Under the pieces are notes generated by a model, which was not told the DNA's origin, made no database searches, and saw only the letters and a program-made list of their open reading frames with translations. The position numbers were made by a program, and so were the translations under genes. Shown here in pieces: positions 62,079-64,000 of a DNA stretch of 64,000 bases (the stretch's first letter is position 1; each line of letters opens with the position of its first letter). The stretch comes from Chara braunii (lineage: Eukaryota > Plantae > Charophyceae), in contig BFEA01000004.1 of NCBI GenBank assembly GCA_003427395.1, positions 1,899,906 to 1,963,905 of the forward strand. The letters are read 5' to 3'.

Positions 62079-62849
62079 CTAACCCCCTATCTTTCCTGAC
62101 TCTCCCTGTCGGACGACTTGGTTGTTGCTACTGCCTAAGTTTTTGGGATTGTGGCGATGATAAAACCGACCAATCAATCTTAGCCAAGATCGTTGTTTTA
62201 CAACTACGTCTTCTATCGTATCAGCTATATCTTTCTCACCCTGATCTATATACTTGCATGTATCTTGCAAATCGAGCTCAAGTGACTTGGCAATGATTGT
62301 CTGTAGTTTAGTCATTTTGGGAGGGACTTTTTTTTCCAGCTTCACCTTTAATACCAGATTGCGAAAATGATCTACGAACTAGTCTCGAGTAACATTTTTT
62401 TCCCTTCTAGACTTATTCAGGGCTGTTTGAAATCTATCAACAAAGTTTGGCAACAATTATCCTGGTTTTTTAAGGCGCGTTTTCAGTACAAACCGTGCAG
62501 TGTCCTCGTTCACCACATCAAATCTTGCTAAAAAGGCGATTTTGAACGTAGCCTAATCTACCCATTTATGACGTTTAAACCAATCGTGAGCAGTGTTTCT
62601 TACGAAGAGGGTAATGACTCGGGGAAGATCATTCGCGTTATAGCCATGAGTTTCCACAACTTTGAGTCATGCCTCGGGATGAGTGTGATTATGATAAAAT
62701 GGAAAGATGGTTGGGATGCTTACCATTACTTGAGGGGTGTACGTATTAGCGTTACCCATGACTTCCTCTTCTCTTACTTCCGCATACCTGTTTCGAGTGA
62801 CGGGAGGGCTCCTTCGATTCGAACGAGTCGGTGCTCGTTCTCTCGCCAT
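62079..62849 (-). pseudogene. gag: Decayed gag of a second, related gypsy element
   Basis: AHDWFKRHKWVD*ATFKIAFLARF..FVDRF..RD*FVD aligns with the gag at 19332-19784. Confidence 0.7.
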
Positions 62850-62871
62850 AACCAGAACCAACAGGTGTCGG

Positions 62872-64000
62872 TTCCGATACCAACCTCGCGCCCCGTAGTG
62901 TTTTCCAATCAGAGTGATTAAAAATGCGGAACAAACCCCGAAAGATTATCCAAATGGGGTGTGCTAAGGATTTTTGGGAAATTAAGTCTTGGGACACAAA
63001 TGGAACTGAAATCCCCCGTGTGGTTTCGGTTTTAGTAAAAAATATCCATAGCCACACAGGAAAGAAATGGTGCATGCTACTTTGAAACGTTCGCTTAATC
63101 AAAAAAGTACCTATGAACTTTCATGCGGGCCACTTGACATATTTTCAAACGGAAAGGTGGGGGTATGCACGTGGGGTCTTTGAATTAAGTCATGATACCG
63201 TTCGTTACAATGCTCGCAATCTGATATGGACAACCTCAGTTTGGTCGCTCCTTGAGTTCGCCCTCACTCACAAACACTTGTTTTTTCCTCGTTATACGGG
63301 GATGGGCATGGTGAGGATACAGGAAGTCGGCGCCCAATCGGATCAGAGTAATCGGCCCACATGGCATAAGCAAGGTTGATTGAGTATGTCTACTCAATCC
63401 GTTATTCGATCAAAGGAATAAACAAATGCAATACTAGGTTCGCATTATCTTTCGCCGTGAAACTATGCAATCCGATCCAATCAAGAAGGCAATTGTCATT
63501 CATTCAATGGAGGAAACAATGACAAACCGCGTTCAAGGATTAGATACACCGAAACAATTGTCAGCCGTATACAAGCATGTTTCTCCCTACTAATTTTTGT
63601 GTTTGAGCTCATCCGGTGAAACTCCGATCGTAAAAAATAAGCGGAGGCAAAATATCGATAATTTAAAAAAAATGAAAAACACATATTATTTATCCACGTG
63701 GGGAAGGAGGGGGGGGATATGATTAAACATGCATTTGAATAATCATACTAGAATCCTCATTTGTTCCCGTCATCAAAGCAACTGTCCAATTGATGCACAC
63801 ACAAGAATATTTTTCACCTGACTTGTTTCGATGCTCACTTGGGTTCGCCCAATCGGGTGACGATCATCAAAGACGAGCAGAGATGAGAGATCACTCATGC
63901 ATAAACTATGTGATACAAAGAAGCAAAGAGAAGGGTTTGGCAATATCACATGAGCTCATTGGTTTCTCAAATTCAACGATACTCGTCATCACGAGATCGA
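62872..64000 (-). mobile_element. PBS (62872-62882) and 5' LTR of the second gypsy element, probably running off the window
   Basis: TGGTATCGGAA; adjacent ACCTCGCGCCC and GGGTGTGCTAAGGATTTTTGGGAAA match the first element's LTR. Confidence 0.7.

Overview
Repeat-saturated eukaryotic genomic DNA with no recognisable intact host gene. The repeat families and iMet-type primer-binding sites (PBS) suggest a streptophyte alga such as Chara, but this is inference. 1-8.9 kb and 23.6-30.5 kb: nested 5'-truncated L1/Tx1-like LINE 3' ends sharing a covarying hairpin + pseudoknot + hairpin motif before poly(A), plus MITEs and microsatellites. 8929-22531: a decayed minus-strand Ty3/gypsy element with ~2.5-kb LTRs, a PHD finger between RNase H and integrase, no chromodomain, an extra 3' ORF region and asymmetric LTR ends. 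~30.5-48.7 kb: two diverged ~6.4-kb direct repeats around a gag-only region; they carry hairpin arrays and sense/antisense LSU (25S) rRNA fragments. ~49.2-57.4 kb: a hAT-like MITE, a 140-bp GGATCC-rich array and decayed coding remnants (ParB-like motif, possible beta-class MTase-like fold, Ulp1 protease). 58.8-64 kb: an LTR+PBS fragment, a Nextera adapter artefact and the 5' end of a second gypsy element related to the first. All domain calls come from motif reading by eye; no searches were run.
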